A stretch of 64,000 nucleotides of DNA from Clostridia bacterium (GTDB taxonomy: Bacteria > Bacillota > Clostridia > RGIG6154). Under the pieces are notes generated by a model. It worked only from the letters and a program-made list of their open reading frames with translations. It searched no databases and was not told the DNA's origin. This document shows positions 1-9,997 of the stretch, piece after piece. The position numbers and the translations under genes were made by a program. Position 1 is the first letter of the stretch, and every line of letters begins with the position of its first letter. Location of the stretch: NCBI GenBank assembly GCA_017409875.1, contig JAFQRW010000008.1, positions 38,920-102,919 of the forward strand. The letters run 5' to 3'.

Positions 1-1
1 A

Positions 2-337
2 ATGCGAAGATACTTAAAGGGAAGAAATATGCTTGCAAAAGAACTGGTTTACAGAAATCTTTGTATAAACTTAAGTAACTACACAGTTAAAGCAAAAGGA
101 GAAAATATAAAATTACCGCCAAAAGAACTTGAACTTTTATATTTTTTAGCATCAAATCCCAATACTGTTTTCAGCCGCGACCAGCTTTTGGATAAAATAT
201 GGGGATATGACTATTTTGGCGATTCAAGAACTGTCGATGTTCACGTTAAAAGAATACGTGAAAAACTTGAAAACTTTTATGACGGCTGGAGCATTAAAAC
301 TGTCTGGGGAGTAGGATATGAGTTTTCGACGGAATAA
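2..337 (+). CDS. Response regulator, C-terminal OmpR/PhoB-type winged-helix DNA-binding domain (5' partial, gene starts upstream of window)
   Basis: Translation shows the trans_reg_C motif (LPPKELELLYFLASNPNTVFSRDQLLDKIWG...TVDVHVKRIREKL). The ORF is open to the window edge. Confidence 0.7.
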   Translation: MRRYLKGRNMLAKELVYRNLCINLSNYTVKAKGENIKLPPKELELLYFLASNPNTVFSRDQLLDKIWGYDYFGDSRTVDVHVKRIREKLENFYDGWSIKTVWGVGYEFSTE

Positions 338-429
338 TTTTCAAAATGAGTATACATATATTTCACATTATTTTCATAAATAGAAGCTATAATATTAGTG
401 TAAAAGCTTAAAAAGAAAGGAATTTAAAT

Positions 430-1725
430 ATGAACGAAGAATATAATGGCTTTGAACAAAATGAAGAACAAAGCAATACATTTTTAAATGAAGAGCATGT
501 TACCTTTGAAGCAGAGGCAGAAGAAATCCCTGTTTTTGAGCAACAGGATTCGCAGGTGTGTTTTCAAGAGGCTTTCACATCAAAACCTCAAAACAAGAAT
601 AAAAGAATTAATCCTTTAATGGTAGCCCTTTCGTCAGCACTTATGCTTTGCCTGATTATAGGAACTGTGGTTGCGTTTAACAACAAGGATTTTTCAAATT
701 CTTTGAAAAACGGCGGAGTTAATTATCACTCTTCAAATGTAACGGCAGCTAATGTTGCAAACACATCTGAAGGGCAGTTTGTGCCTACGGGAACAGAACT
801 TACAACTGCTGAAATTGCAGCAAAAGTTGGACCTTCGGTTGTAGGTATTGAAAGCAAAATAACTTCTATAAACATATTCCAGCAGCAAACAAGCAACACA
901 GCAACAGGGTCTGGTGTTATTGTAAACGAAGATGGTTATATCGTTACAAATTATCATGTTGTTGAAGGCGCAAAAGAGCTTAAGGTTATTTTAAACTCAG
1001 GCAAGGAATATCCTGCTACACTTGTAGGATATGATGAAAGAAGCGATTTGGCAGTTGTTAAAATCGAAGAAAAAGACCTTGCTTATGCAACATTCGGAGA
1101 TTCATCTCAGCTTATGGTAGGTGAGCGTGCCATTGCGATAGGAAACCCGTTGGGAACAGAGCTTATGGGAACTGTTACACAAGGCATTATAAGTGCAGTG
1201 AACAGAACTGTTCAGGTTGAAGATAAAACACTCACACTTCTTCAAACAGATGCAGCCATCAACTCAGGAAATTCAGGTGGAGCACTGATTAATGCGTACG
1301 GTGAAGTAATTGGTATCAATACTGTTAAAATGTATGCAACGGGAGTTGAGGGAATCGGCTTTGCAATCCCGTCAAACGAGGTTAAAACAGTTTTGGATGA
1401 CATTATTAGCTACGGCTACGTCAGAGGCAGACTTGTGGTTGGTGTTACAGGAACAAACATAACAGAAAAAATGTCTAAATATTATGAATTGCCCATTGGA
1501 TTTTATGTAAGCGAAGTAAGGGAAGGATACGGAGCATATTTAGCAGGAGTCGAAGTGGGCGACGTAATTATCAAGTGTGACGGCAAGGTTATTGAAACCA
1601 TTGATGACATTAACAAAATCAGAGATTCACATAAAGTTAATGATTACATGGAAATAGTCGTTTCAAGAAACGGTAAAAATGTAACACTTAAAGTAAGACT
1701 GATGGAAGAAAAACCTGATAGATAA
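430..1725 (+). CDS. htrA: HtrA/DegP-family trypsin-like serine protease with C-terminal PDZ domain, membrane-anchored
   Basis: N-terminal acidic region then a TM segment. Catalytic-triad context GSGVIVNEDGYIVTNYHVV ... DLAVVKI ... GNSGGALIN. PDZ-like C-terminus. Confidence 0.85.
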   Translation: MNEEYNGFEQNEEQSNTFLNEEHVTFEAEAEEIPVFEQQDSQVCFQEAFTSKPQNKNKRINPLMVALSSALMLCLIIGTVVAFNNKDFSNSLKNGGVNYHSSNVTAANVANTSEGQFVPTGTELTTAEIAAKVGPSVVGIESKITSINIFQQQTSNTATGSGVIVNEDGYIVTNYHVVEGAKELKVILNSGKEYPATLVGYDERSDLAVVKIEEKDLAYATFGDSSQLMVGERAIAIGNPLGTELMGTVTQGIISAVNRTVQVEDKTLTLLQTDAAINSGNSGGALINAYGEVIGINTVKMYATGVEGIGFAIPSNEVKTVLDDIISYGYVRGRLVVGVTGTNITEKMSKYYELPIGFYVSEVREGYGAYLAGVEVGDVIIKCDGKVIETIDDINKIRDSHKVNDYMEIVVSRNGKNVTLKVRLMEEKPDR

Positions 1726-1732
1726 AAAATTT

Positions 1733-1765
1733 AAAAAGCAGACTTTTAAAGTCTGCTTTTTTTTA
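1733..1765 (+). terminator. Rho-independent terminator after htrA
   Basis: Hairpin gcagacttt-taa-agtctgc followed by a T8 tract. Confidence 0.7.
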
Positions 1766-1867
1766 AAAAATGCTTGGAATTTGTCGCACTTTGTGGTACA
1801 ATATTAAAATAGATGTTAAAATGTGATATTTGTATGCATTGATATAAAAAATGAAAGGCGTAAGTTT

Positions 1868-3499
1868 ATGATTATTACAGATTTTCTTGAAAAAAATGCT
1901 GCCCAGATGCCTGATGACACAGCACTGGTTGAAATTGCACCTCAGATGATGGAAAAAGCTAAGATAACTTGGAAAGAGTATGCTTTAATGCAGCCTAATC
2001 CAAATGAAAGCGGAAGAAAGGAAATGACATGGAAAGAGTTTGACCAGATGTCAAACAGATTTGCAAACTTTTTATTCAGCCGCGGAATTAAAAAAGGAAA
2101 CAAGGTTGCAATTCTTCTTATGAACTGCATAGAGTGGCTACCTGTTTATTTTGGTATTTTAAAAACAGGAGCTTTGGCGGTTCCTTTAAACTATCGTTAC
2201 ACCGCAGAAGAAATTAAATATTGTTTAACCTTGGCAGAAGCTGATGTTTTAGTTTTCGGTCCTGAATTTATCGGCAGAATTGAAGAAATCTGCGACAGAA
2301 TTCCAAGAGTTTCACAGCTTTTTTATGTTGGCGATAATTGCCCTACATTTGCTGAAAGCTATGATAAGCTTATTACATATTGCACATCAAAAAAACCTAA
2401 TGTTGAGCTTAGTGAACAGGATGATGCAGCAATTTATTTTTCATCAGGAACAACAGGCTTTCCTAAGGCGATACTTCATAATCACGAAAGCTTGAAGCAC
2501 GCAGCGCTTACCGAGCAAAACCATCACGGTCAGACAAAGGACGATACATTTTTGTGCATCCCTCCGCTTTATCACACAGGTGCTAAAATGCACTGGTTTG
2601 GAAGCTTGGTTTCAGGCTCAAAAGGCGTTTTACTAAAGGGAACAAACCCTGAATGGATTATCAAGGTTGCAGCAGAAGAAAAATGTACGATTGTGTGGCT
2701 TTTGGTTCCGTGGGCACAGGATATTTTAGACGCAATAGAAAGAAAAGAAATAAATCTTGATGAATACGATTTATCTGCATGGCGCTTGATGCATATTGGT
2801 GCTCAGCCTGTTCCGCCGAGCTTAATCAAACGTTGGAAAGAAGTGTTCCCAAAACACGATTACGATACAAACTATGGGTTAAGTGAATCAATCGGTCCCG
2901 GTTGTGTTCATCTGGGTGTTGAAAATATTCACAAAGTTGGTGCAATAGGAAAAGCAGGTTTTGGATGGAAAACAAGAATTATCGGCGCTGACGGAAACGA
3001 TGCAAAACAAGGCGAAGTCGGAGAGCTTGCAGTATTTGGTGCAGGCGTTATGAGCTGTTATTATAACGACGAAAAGGCAACCAAAGAGGTTTTAAAAGAT
3101 GGCTGGCTATTAACAGGCGATATGGCAAAAGAAGACGAAGACGGATTTATTTATCTTGTTGACCGCAAAAAAGATGTTATTATTTCTGGCGGTGAAAACA
3201 TCTATCCTGTTCAGATTGAAGATTTTGTGCGCCGTAACGGAGCAGTTAAGGATGTGGCAGTTATCGGACTTCCGGATAGCAGACTTGGAGAAATTTCGGT
3301 AGCTGTTGTTGAACTAAAAGAGGGATTTGAACTTTCTGAAGAAGAATTTATGGATTTTTGTAAAGAACTTCCTAAATATAAGCGTCCGAGAAAGGTTATT
3401 TTTGCATCAGTTCCAAGAAATCCCACAGGAAAAATTGAAAAGCCTGTTTTAAGAGAGAGATATTGCAAAGAAAGCCTTGTTGAGGCACAGATGAAATAA
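1868..3499 (+). CDS. AMP-dependent acyl-CoA synthetase/ligase (long/medium-chain fatty-acid--CoA ligase family)
   Basis: AMP-binding signature YFSSGTTGFPKAILHNH, GxTE/YGxSE-like motifs and a C-terminal lysine region. Start moved to ATG 1868 (MIITDFLEKN) with an upstream GAAAGG SD; the ORF-track start at 1823 has no SD. Confidence 0.8.
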   Translation: MIITDFLEKNAAQMPDDTALVEIAPQMMEKAKITWKEYALMQPNPNESGRKEMTWKEFDQMSNRFANFLFSRGIKKGNKVAILLMNCIEWLPVYFGILKTGALAVPLNYRYTAEEIKYCLTLAEADVLVFGPEFIGRIEEICDRIPRVSQLFYVGDNCPTFAESYDKLITYCTSKKPNVELSEQDDAAIYFSSGTTGFPKAILHNHESLKHAALTEQNHHGQTKDDTFLCIPPLYHTGAKMHWFGSLVSGSKGVLLKGTNPEWIIKVAAEEKCTIVWLLVPWAQDILDAIERKEINLDEYDLSAWRLMHIGAQPVPPSLIKRWKEVFPKHDYDTNYGLSESIGPGCVHLGVENIHKVGAIGKAGFGWKTRIIGADGNDAKQGEVGELAVFGAGVMSCYYNDEKATKEVLKDGWLLTGDMAKEDEDGFIYLVDRKKDVIISGGENIYPVQIEDFVRRNGAVKDVAVIGLPDSRLGEISVAVVELKEGFELSEEEFMDFCKELPKYKRPRKVIFASVPRNPTGKIEKPVLRERYCKESLVEAQMK

Positions 3500-3519
3500 T
3501 TTGAAAGGAGTCGAAAACT

Positions 3520-5250
3520 TTGAAAAAACTTATGCTTGGCAACCAGGCGGTTGCAAGAGGTGCATACGAGGCAGGGGTGACAGTTGTTTCATCTTATCCC
3601 GGAACACCAAGTACTGAAATTACAGAAAACATTGTAAAATATGATGAAATATACGTAGAATGGGCACCAAATGAAAAGGTTGCAGCAGAAGTTGCAATAG
3701 GCGCTTCTATAGCAGGTGCAAGAAGTATGTCATGTATGAAACACGTTGGAATGAACGTTATGGCAGACCCAATGTTTACCGTAAGCTATATCGGAACAAA
3801 CGGCGGACTTGTTTTTTGCGTTGCCGATGACCCGGGTATGCACTCATCACAGAATGAGCAGGACTCAAGACACTATGCAAGAGCTGCAAAACTTACAATG
3901 CTTGAACCTTCTGACAGTAGAGAATGTAAGGAGTTTACAAAAAAAGCTTATGAAATCAGCGAAAAATATGACATTCCGGTTATCGTAAGACTTTCAACAA
4001 GAGTTTCTCATTCACAGGGCTTGGTTGAAGAATGCGAAAGGGAAAATGTAGAACTAAAGCCTTATGAAAAAAACATTGCAAAAAATGTTATGATGCCTGC
4101 AAATGCTAAAAAGCGTCATGTAGATGTTGAAGATAGAAATAATGCCTTAAAAGAATTCGCTGAAAACACATCGCTTAACCAAGTGGAAATTAATTCTGAA
4201 GAAATAGGTGTTATTACCTCGGGAATTTCATATATGTACGCAAAAGAGGCACTCGGTGACAGAGTCAGCTACTTAAAGCTTGGTATGGTTTACCCTCTTC
4301 CTGATAAGCTTTTAAAAGATTTTGCAAAAAAACATAAAAAAGTGTATGTTATTGAAGAACTCGACCCGATTTTTGAAGAGTATTGCAAATCTTTGGGCAT
4401 TGAGGTTATCGGAAAAGAAAAATTCACAATGCTTGGTGAATACACACCGTCCATGATTAAAAAAGCAGTATTTGATGAAGATGAAGCTGAAAGTGTAAAC
4501 GCTGATTTTGACATTCCTGTAAGACCGCCTGTTATGTGTGCAGGTTGTCCGCACAGAGCAACGTTTTATGTCCTTAAAAAATTAGGGCTTACTGTTTCAG
4601 GCGACATCGGCTGTTATACACTCGGAGCTGTAGCACCGCTTGCAAGTGTTGATACAACAATTTGTATGGGTGCATCTGTTTCTGCAGCTCACGGAATGGC
4701 AAAGGCAAGAGGCGAAGAATTTAACAAAAAGCTGGTTGCGGTAGTGGGGGATTCAACATTTATTCACTCAGGAATTACAGGCCTTATTGACATTGTTTAC
4801 AACAAAGGAAATAACACAGTTATTATTTTAGATAACTCAATTACAGGTATGACAGGTCATCAGGACAATCCAACAACAGGCTTTACAATAAGAAAACAGC
4901 CTACAAAACAGGTTGATTTAGAGCTTCTGGCAAAGGCGGTCGGTATAGACAGAGTTGTTATAGCAGACCCGTTTGATGTGAAAAACTTTGAAAAAGTTGT
5001 AAAAGCAGAAGTTGAGGCTGAGGAGCCTTCTGTTATTATTGCTCAGCGTCCGTGTGCTCTTTTAAAGACGGTAAACTACACAGGTCATTGTGAAATTTCA
5101 GACAAATGTAAAAACTGCAAAATGTGTATGAAACTTGGATGCCCTGCAATAACCGCAACACAAGACGGCGTGAAAATTGACCCCAATCAGTGTAACGGTT
5201 GCGGACTTTGTATAAATGTTTGCCCGTTTGGTGCTATAAACAAGGCTTAA
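3520..5250 (+). CDS. iorA: Indolepyruvate:ferredoxin oxidoreductase alpha subunit (TPP-binding, with C-terminal 2x[4Fe-4S] ferredoxin domain)
   Basis: N-terminus MKKLMLGNQAVARGAYEAGV..SSYPGTPSTEI is typical of IorA. TPP-binding GDSTFIHSG. C-terminal CxxCxxCxxxCP motifs. TTG start. Confidence 0.85.
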   Translation: MKKLMLGNQAVARGAYEAGVTVVSSYPGTPSTEITENIVKYDEIYVEWAPNEKVAAEVAIGASIAGARSMSCMKHVGMNVMADPMFTVSYIGTNGGLVFCVADDPGMHSSQNEQDSRHYARAAKLTMLEPSDSRECKEFTKKAYEISEKYDIPVIVRLSTRVSHSQGLVEECERENVELKPYEKNIAKNVMMPANAKKRHVDVEDRNNALKEFAENTSLNQVEINSEEIGVITSGISYMYAKEALGDRVSYLKLGMVYPLPDKLLKDFAKKHKKVYVIEELDPIFEEYCKSLGIEVIGKEKFTMLGEYTPSMIKKAVFDEDEAESVNADFDIPVRPPVMCAGCPHRATFYVLKKLGLTVSGDIGCYTLGAVAPLASVDTTICMGASVSAAHGMAKARGEEFNKKLVAVVGDSTFIHSGITGLIDIVYNKGNNTVIILDNSITGMTGHQDNPTTGFTIRKQPTKQVDLELLAKAVGIDRVVIADPFDVKNFEKVVKAEVEAEEPSVIIAQRPCALLKTVNYTGHCEISDKCKNCKMCMKLGCPAITATQDGVKIDPNQCNGCGLCINVCPFGAINKA

Positions 5251-5267
5251 GTAAGGAGGACCGAAAA

Positions 5268-5834
5268 ATGACTAAAAATATTATGATTGTTGGCGTTGGC
5301 GGTCAGGGGACCTTGCTTGCCAGCAGAATTTTGGGAAATACAGTTATTAACGAAGGTTATGACGTTAAGGTTTCAGAGGTTCATGGTATGAGCCAAAGAG
5401 GCGGAAGCGTTGTTACCTACGTAAAGTATGGAAAGAAAGTGTACTCACCTATTGTTGACAAAGGCGAGGCAGATATAATTTTAGCTTTTGAAATGTTAGA
5501 GGCTTCCCGTGCACTTCCGTTTCTTAAAAAAGGCGGGATTATGATTGCAAACACACAGCAGATTGACCCAATGCCGGTAATTACAGGCGCTGCAAAGTAT
5601 CCCGAAGACATCGAAGGAAAATTAAAAGAAAAAGTAAACCTTATTTCTTTGGACGCAAGTGAGCTTGCTCTAAAAGCAGGAAATATTAAAGCAGTAAATG
5701 TTGTTTTAATAGGCGTTATGGCAAAAAGTACTGATATCCCATATGAAAAATGGGTTGAAACGATAAAAACAACAGTGCCTGAAAAGTTTTTAGAGATTAA
5801 TTTAAAGGCGTTTGACTTAGGTTATAATTTATAA
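5268..5834 (+). CDS. iorB: Indolepyruvate:ferredoxin oxidoreductase beta subunit
   Basis: MTKNIMIVGVGGQGTLLAS pattern of the pyruvate/2-ketoisovalerate OR gamma-like family. GGAGG SD 8 nt upstream of ATG 5268. The ORF-track start at 5199 overlaps iorA and lacks an SD. Confidence 0.85.
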   Translation: MTKNIMIVGVGGQGTLLASRILGNTVINEGYDVKVSEVHGMSQRGGSVVTYVKYGKKVYSPIVDKGEADIILAFEMLEASRALPFLKKGGIMIANTQQIDPMPVITGAAKYPEDIEGKLKEKVNLISLDASELALKAGNIKAVNVVLIGVMAKSTDIPYEKWVETIKTTVPEKFLEINLKAFDLGYNL

Positions 5835-5847
5835 GAGGTGATACGAG

Positions 5848-7152
5848 TTGGCAATTTATCAAAAACACATTGAATGTATGCCAAGGCAGGAAATTAAAAA
5901 ACTTCAGAGTGAAAGATTGGTATGGCAAGTAAAAAGAATGTATGAAAATGTCGAGCTTTTCAGACAGCGTATGGATGAAAAAGGCTTAAAGCCTGAAGAT
6001 ATCAAAGGTGTAGAAGACCTTTCAAAGCTTCCTTTTTCATATAAGCAGGATTTAAGAGATTATTATCCTTACGGCCTTTTTGCAGTACCTATGAAAGAAA
6101 TAAAACGTGTTCATGCATCAAGCGGAACAACAGGAAAACAAATTGTTGTAGGTTACACACAAAAAGACTTAGAGATGTGGGCAGACTGTATGGCAAGACA
6201 AATTTCAGCAACCGGCGGAGACGAAAACTCGTTTGTTCAGATATCATACGGATATGGCTTATTTACAGGCGGACTCGGTGCTCATGATGGCGCTACAAGA
6301 ATAGGTGCAACCGTAATTCCTACATCATCAGGAAATACACAAAGACAAATTCAGACAATGGTTGATTTTGGATCAACAATCCTTTGTTGCACACCTTCTT
6401 ATGCTATGTACTTAGGTGAAGCTATAGAAGAAATGGGAGTGAAAGACAAGCTTAAATTAAAGGCAGGCATTTTCGGCGCAGAGCCATGGACAGAAGATAT
6501 GAGAGCAGCAATAGAAGAAAAGCTTGGCATCAAAGCTTATGACGTTTACGGTCTTTCCGAAATTATGGGTCCTGGTGTTTCTTATGAATGTGAAGAGCAA
6601 AAGGGTATGCATGTTAATGAGGATATGTTTATTCCTGAAATTATTGACCCTGACACAGGCGAAGTTTTGCCTGAAGGCGAATCAGGAGAGCTTGTGTTTA
6701 CCACAATAACAAAAGAAGGCTTCCCACTTATAAGATACAGAACAAGAGATATTTGCTCACTCAACTACGAGCAGTGTAAGTGTGGAAGAACTTTTGTAAG
6801 AATGAACAAGCCTACAGGCAGAAGTGACGATATGCTTATTATAAGAGGTGTTAACGTGTTCCCGTCGCAGATTGAAGAAGTGCTTTTAAGAATAGGCGGC
6901 GACGTTACACCAAATTATCAGATTATTGTAGGCAGAGAGAACAACACTGATACATTAGATGTTCAGGTGGAAATGTCTGATAAGATTTTTGCTGATGATG
7001 TTAAATCCATCGAACTTGTTGAAAGAAAGATAAAGGATCAGATAAGAAGCGTTTTAGGACTTGGTGCAAAAGTTACATTGGTTGCTCCTAAAACAATTCA
7101 AAGAAGTGAAGGAAAAGCAAAAAGAGTTATTGATACAAGAAAGCTTCACTAA
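5848..7152 (+). CDS. paaK: Phenylacetate--CoA ligase (PaaK family adenylate-forming enzyme)
   Basis: N-terminal signature [35 protein letters not shown] and [11 protein letters not shown] motif. Immediately downstream of iorAB, as in clostridial aryl-acid fermentation clusters. TTG start. Confidence 0.85.
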   Translation: MAIYQKHIECMPRQEIKKLQSERLVWQVKRMYENVELFRQRMDEKGLKPEDIKGVEDLSKLPFSYKQDLRDYYPYGLFAVPMKEIKRVHASSGTTGKQIVVGYTQKDLEMWADCMARQISATGGDENSFVQISYGYGLFTGGLGAHDGATRIGATVIPTSSGNTQRQIQTMVDFGSTILCCTPSYAMYLGEAIEEMGVKDKLKLKAGIFGAEPWTEDMRAAIEEKLGIKAYDVYGLSEIMGPGVSYECEEQKGMHVNEDMFIPEIIDPDTGEVLPEGESGELVFTTITKEGFPLIRYRTRDICSLNYEQCKCGRTFVRMNKPTGRSDDMLIIRGVNVFPSQIEEVLLRIGGDVTPNYQIIVGRENNTDTLDVQVEMSDKIFADDVKSIELVERKIKDQIRSVLGLGAKVTLVAPKTIQRSEGKAKRVIDTRKLH

Positions 7153-7170
7153 AAAGGAGAAAGAATATAA

Positions 7171-8121
7171 ATGAAAAAGATATTTATAGCTTTAGTGTTT
7201 GTTTTGGCACTCACATGCTCATTTTCAGCTTTTGCAGATTACCAGACCGTTGATGTTTATGTTAACGGAGAGGTCTTGGTTGCAGATAGTCCTGCAATTT
7301 TAGTAGACTCAAGAACAATGGTTCCACTTCGTGCAATAAGCGAAAAATTAGGCTGTGATGTAGGCTGGGATGGAGATACCCAAACCGCTGAAATCAAAAA
7401 CTCAAAAACAGCTGTTTATGTAACTATTGACAGCGACAAACTGGTAAAGAAAGATTTACAGACCAAAAAAATCGAAGAGATTATAATTGATGCACCTGCA
7501 ATGCTTTACAAGCAAAGAACTTTAATACCTTTAAGAGCAGTGTCAGAAGCTTTAGATGCTAAAGTTGAGTGGGATTCTGAAAGAGAGTGCGCACTCATTA
7601 CGACAGACACAATAAAAACCCTTTACGGCGAGGTTACAGAAAAAGGTTATGTAAGTGAACTGCTTGGTATTGATTATGTTGCACCGGACGGAACGTTGAC
7701 CATTGGATACAATGACAACATAAAGGTTTCTGATTTTGCAGAAAATGTTGATAAGGTTGACGAGGAAACCGTATTGGAATTTGAAACTTATTACAAAAAA
7801 TACCTTGCAAGTATTTCAATTGCCGTAAGCCCTCAAACACCTGTAATGCCGGCAGAGTACCTTGAGTATTTCAGATTTATCTTTGAGGGTACGCATGATG
7901 AATACACATACCATGCCGCAACAAGTATAGAAGATGTTGAAATTTCAGGCATTGAGTTTAAAAGATTGGCATTTGTTGTTCAAAGCGAGACAGATAAGCT
8001 CAAAACAGATTATTATGCCGGAAAAGTCGGCGACAGGCTTGTAATTGCGGTTACAGTGTATAAAGATGAGGCAAAAGAAAAGGCAGATGAATTGATTAAT
8101 GCTTTAAAAATAGCGCAATAG
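7171..8121 (+). CDS. Secreted protein with tandem copper-amine-oxidase N-terminal-like (stalk) domains
   Basis: Signal peptide MKKIFIALVFVLALTCSFSAFA. Two repeats of the MVPLRAISEKLG..V.WD motif. Confidence 0.6.
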   Translation: MKKIFIALVFVLALTCSFSAFADYQTVDVYVNGEVLVADSPAILVDSRTMVPLRAISEKLGCDVGWDGDTQTAEIKNSKTAVYVTIDSDKLVKKDLQTKKIEEIIIDAPAMLYKQRTLIPLRAVSEALDAKVEWDSERECALITTDTIKTLYGEVTEKGYVSELLGIDYVAPDGTLTIGYNDNIKVSDFAENVDKVDEETVLEFETYYKKYLASISIAVSPQTPVMPAEYLEYFRFIFEGTHDEYTYHAATSIEDVEISGIEFKRLAFVVQSETDKLKTDYYAGKVGDRLVIAVTVYKDEAKEKADELINALKIAQ

Positions 8122-8132
8122 GAGGAATTCTT

Positions 8133-8564
8133 ATGTTAATTAAACAGGTTTCAGTATTTTTAGAAAATAAGTCGGGGAAGCTTTCTGAAATTATTTCAAT
8201 TTTAGGTGAAAACCATATTGATATCAGCGCACTGAGCATGGCAGACACCGCAGATTACGGTGTTTTAAGGCTTATTGTAGATAACCCTGAAAAAGCTGAA
8301 AAAGTTTTAAAACAGCAAGAAATTATAGTTAAAGTTACAAATGTTATCGGTGTTGCAATTAATGACGGACCGGGAGATTTGGCAAAAATTCTTAAAATTC
8401 TTAAAGATAATTCTTTGTCTGTAGAGTATATGTATGCCTGCGTAGGAAAAATTGAAAATAGTGCATTGGTTGTTATGAAGAACAATGACCCCGAAAAAGC
8501 ACTTGATATTCTTTCAAAAGAACATGTTCCTACCTTTGACGTTAAGGATATTTACAGAGTTTAA
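8133..8564 (+). CDS. ACT-domain protein (frequently paired with paaK/ior in Clostridia)
   Basis: Two ACT-like beta-alpha-beta-beta-alpha-beta repeats (VSVFLENKSGKLSEIISIL ... VIGVAINDGPGDLAKILKIL). Confidence 0.7.
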   Translation: MLIKQVSVFLENKSGKLSEIISILGENHIDISALSMADTADYGVLRLIVDNPEKAEKVLKQQEIIVKVTNVIGVAINDGPGDLAKILKILKDNSLSVEYMYACVGKIENSALVVMKNNDPEKALDILSKEHVPTFDVKDIYRV

Positions 8565-8573
8565 GGAGGATTT

Positions 8574-8879
8574 TTGATGACAAGCAAACAAAGAGCTTAT
8601 TTAATGAGCCTTGCTGTCAATTTGCAGGCAAAGTATCAGATAGGCAAAAACGGTATTGATTATAATTTTTTGGATTTAATACGTGATGCACTAGAGGCTA
8701 ACGAACTCATTAAAATAAATGTTTTAGAAAATTCCATGCAAGACCCAAAAACGCTTTGCCATAAGCTTTGTGAAATAGTTGATGCTCAGCCTGTTAAAGT
8801 AATAGGAAATAAAATAATCATTTACAAAGAGTCAAAAAATAAAAAGAAAATTGAACTTCCCAAGGCTAAGAAAAATTAA
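8574..8879 (+). CDS. yhbY: YhbY/CRS1-family (CRM domain) RNA-binding protein
   Basis: LTSKQRAYLMSLA...KYQIGKNGI motif. Length ~100 aa. Confidence 0.7.
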   Translation: MMTSKQRAYLMSLAVNLQAKYQIGKNGIDYNFLDLIRDALEANELIKINVLENSMQDPKTLCHKLCEIVDAQPVKVIGNKIIIYKESKNKKKIELPKAKKN

Positions 8880-8906
8880 AAAAATTAAAAATTTAAGTGG
8901 AAGTAC

Positions 8907-8935
8907 TTGACATAAAAGACAACTTGTTATAAAAT
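8907..8935 (+). promoter_or_regulatory. Sigma-A-type promoter upstream of rpsU
   Basis: TTGACA, 17-nt spacer, TAAAAT. Confidence 0.5.
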
Positions 8936-9022
8936 AATATACGTCGTATTTTACTAACGATTAATTTTTATTTGCTTGATACATCTTTTGGTGTATGTAT
9001 ATAGCGGAGGGAGGGAAACCTA

Positions 9023-9199
9023 ATGTCAGAGATTAAAATCAAGGAAAATGAATCCTTAGATAGTGCTCTTCGCAGATTTAAACGTCAGTGTGCTAAAGCA
9101 GGTGTTCTTTCTGAAATCAGAAAAAGAGAACATTATGAAAAGCCAAGCGTTAGAAGAAAGAAAAAATCTGAGGCGGCAAGGAAAAGAAAGTTTAAATAA
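9023..9199 (+). CDS. rpsU: 30S ribosomal protein S21 (not in the ORF track; 58 aa)
   Basis: Translation [70 protein letters not shown] upstream. Confidence 0.85.
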   Translation: MSEIKIKENESLDSALRRFKRQCAKAGVLSEIRKREHYEKPSVRRKKKSEAARKRKFK

Positions 9200-9209
9200 C
9201 TAAACTTAA

Positions 9210-9238
9210 GGCACAAAGCTATGCTTTGTGCCTTTTTG
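9210..9238 (+). terminator. Rho-independent terminator after rpsU
   Basis: ggcacaaagc-tat-gctttgtgcc followed by a T5 tract. It abuts the stop of the convergent gene. Confidence 0.75.
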
Positions 9239-9913
9239 TTATATTTTATCATAGGCGCCTCTTAGAGATTCCCAGTTTCCGTCTGCCATTATAAAAACAT
9301 CTTTCCAGGCTATTCCCATATAGCCTTTTTCTTTTACTAAATTATGTTTTTTGCTGATGCTTAAAGTATCCTCTAAGAAAACCAGATGAGGGCTGTGGTT
9401 TGAATCTGAATATGTAAAATATGATGAATATATGCTCTCGTCAAAAAAAGTTTTTGACCCCTTTATAGAGCACTTTAAAATTGCCTGATTGTAGCTTAGA
9501 ATTTCGTATTGCGATGTAAGCATATTAAAGTTTAAGCATTCGCCTGATAATTCAATGAGCGTTTTGTGCTTTACAGGCAAAAAGTCGGTTAACACCTTAT
9601 TAAAGTATGGCAGATTGGTACATGGGCTTAAAAGAAACTGGCATGGGAAACGCACAACTATAAAATCACAAAAATGTGAATAAAACTGTGCAACTTTTAT
9701 TGCAGGCGGAACGATAACCGCCTTTTTAACAAACGAGTTTAAAACGGCGACATTCTTTTCAAATTCCTTATATGTTTTAGTAAAGTCAAGCACTTCGCCT
9801 TGGTAGCATTTTTCGTGTAAAAAACCTGTTCGGTTTTTTGCGGAAAATTGCGTTATGTTGCTTAAAAGCCTTTCAGTGGGCTCAGATAAGAAAAAGCCAT
9901 GTATGGTAAACAT
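9239..9913 (-). CDS. Hypothetical protein (224 aa), no recognisable motif
   Basis: Long ORF. Start set to the ATG at 9913 (MFTIHGFF...), which has an AGGAG SD 7 nt upstream. The ORF-track upstream extension has no SD. Confidence 0.45.
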   Translation of the reverse strand: MFTIHGFFLSEPTERLLSNITQFSAKNRTGFLHEKCYQGEVLDFTKTYKEFEKNVAVLNSFVKKAVIVPPAIKVAQFYSHFCDFIVVRFPCQFLLSPCTNLPYFNKVLTDFLPVKHKTLIELSGECLNFNMLTSQYEILSYNQAILKCSIKGSKTFFDESIYSSYFTYSDSNHSPHLVFLEDTLSISKKHNLVKEKGYMGIAWKDVFIMADGNWESLRGAYDKI

Positions 9914-9997
9914 AAAATCTCCTTGCATTACTTGTATTTTATACATATTTATGGTATACTTACTATAATATATGTATATTGTTACGGGAGATAAAAA

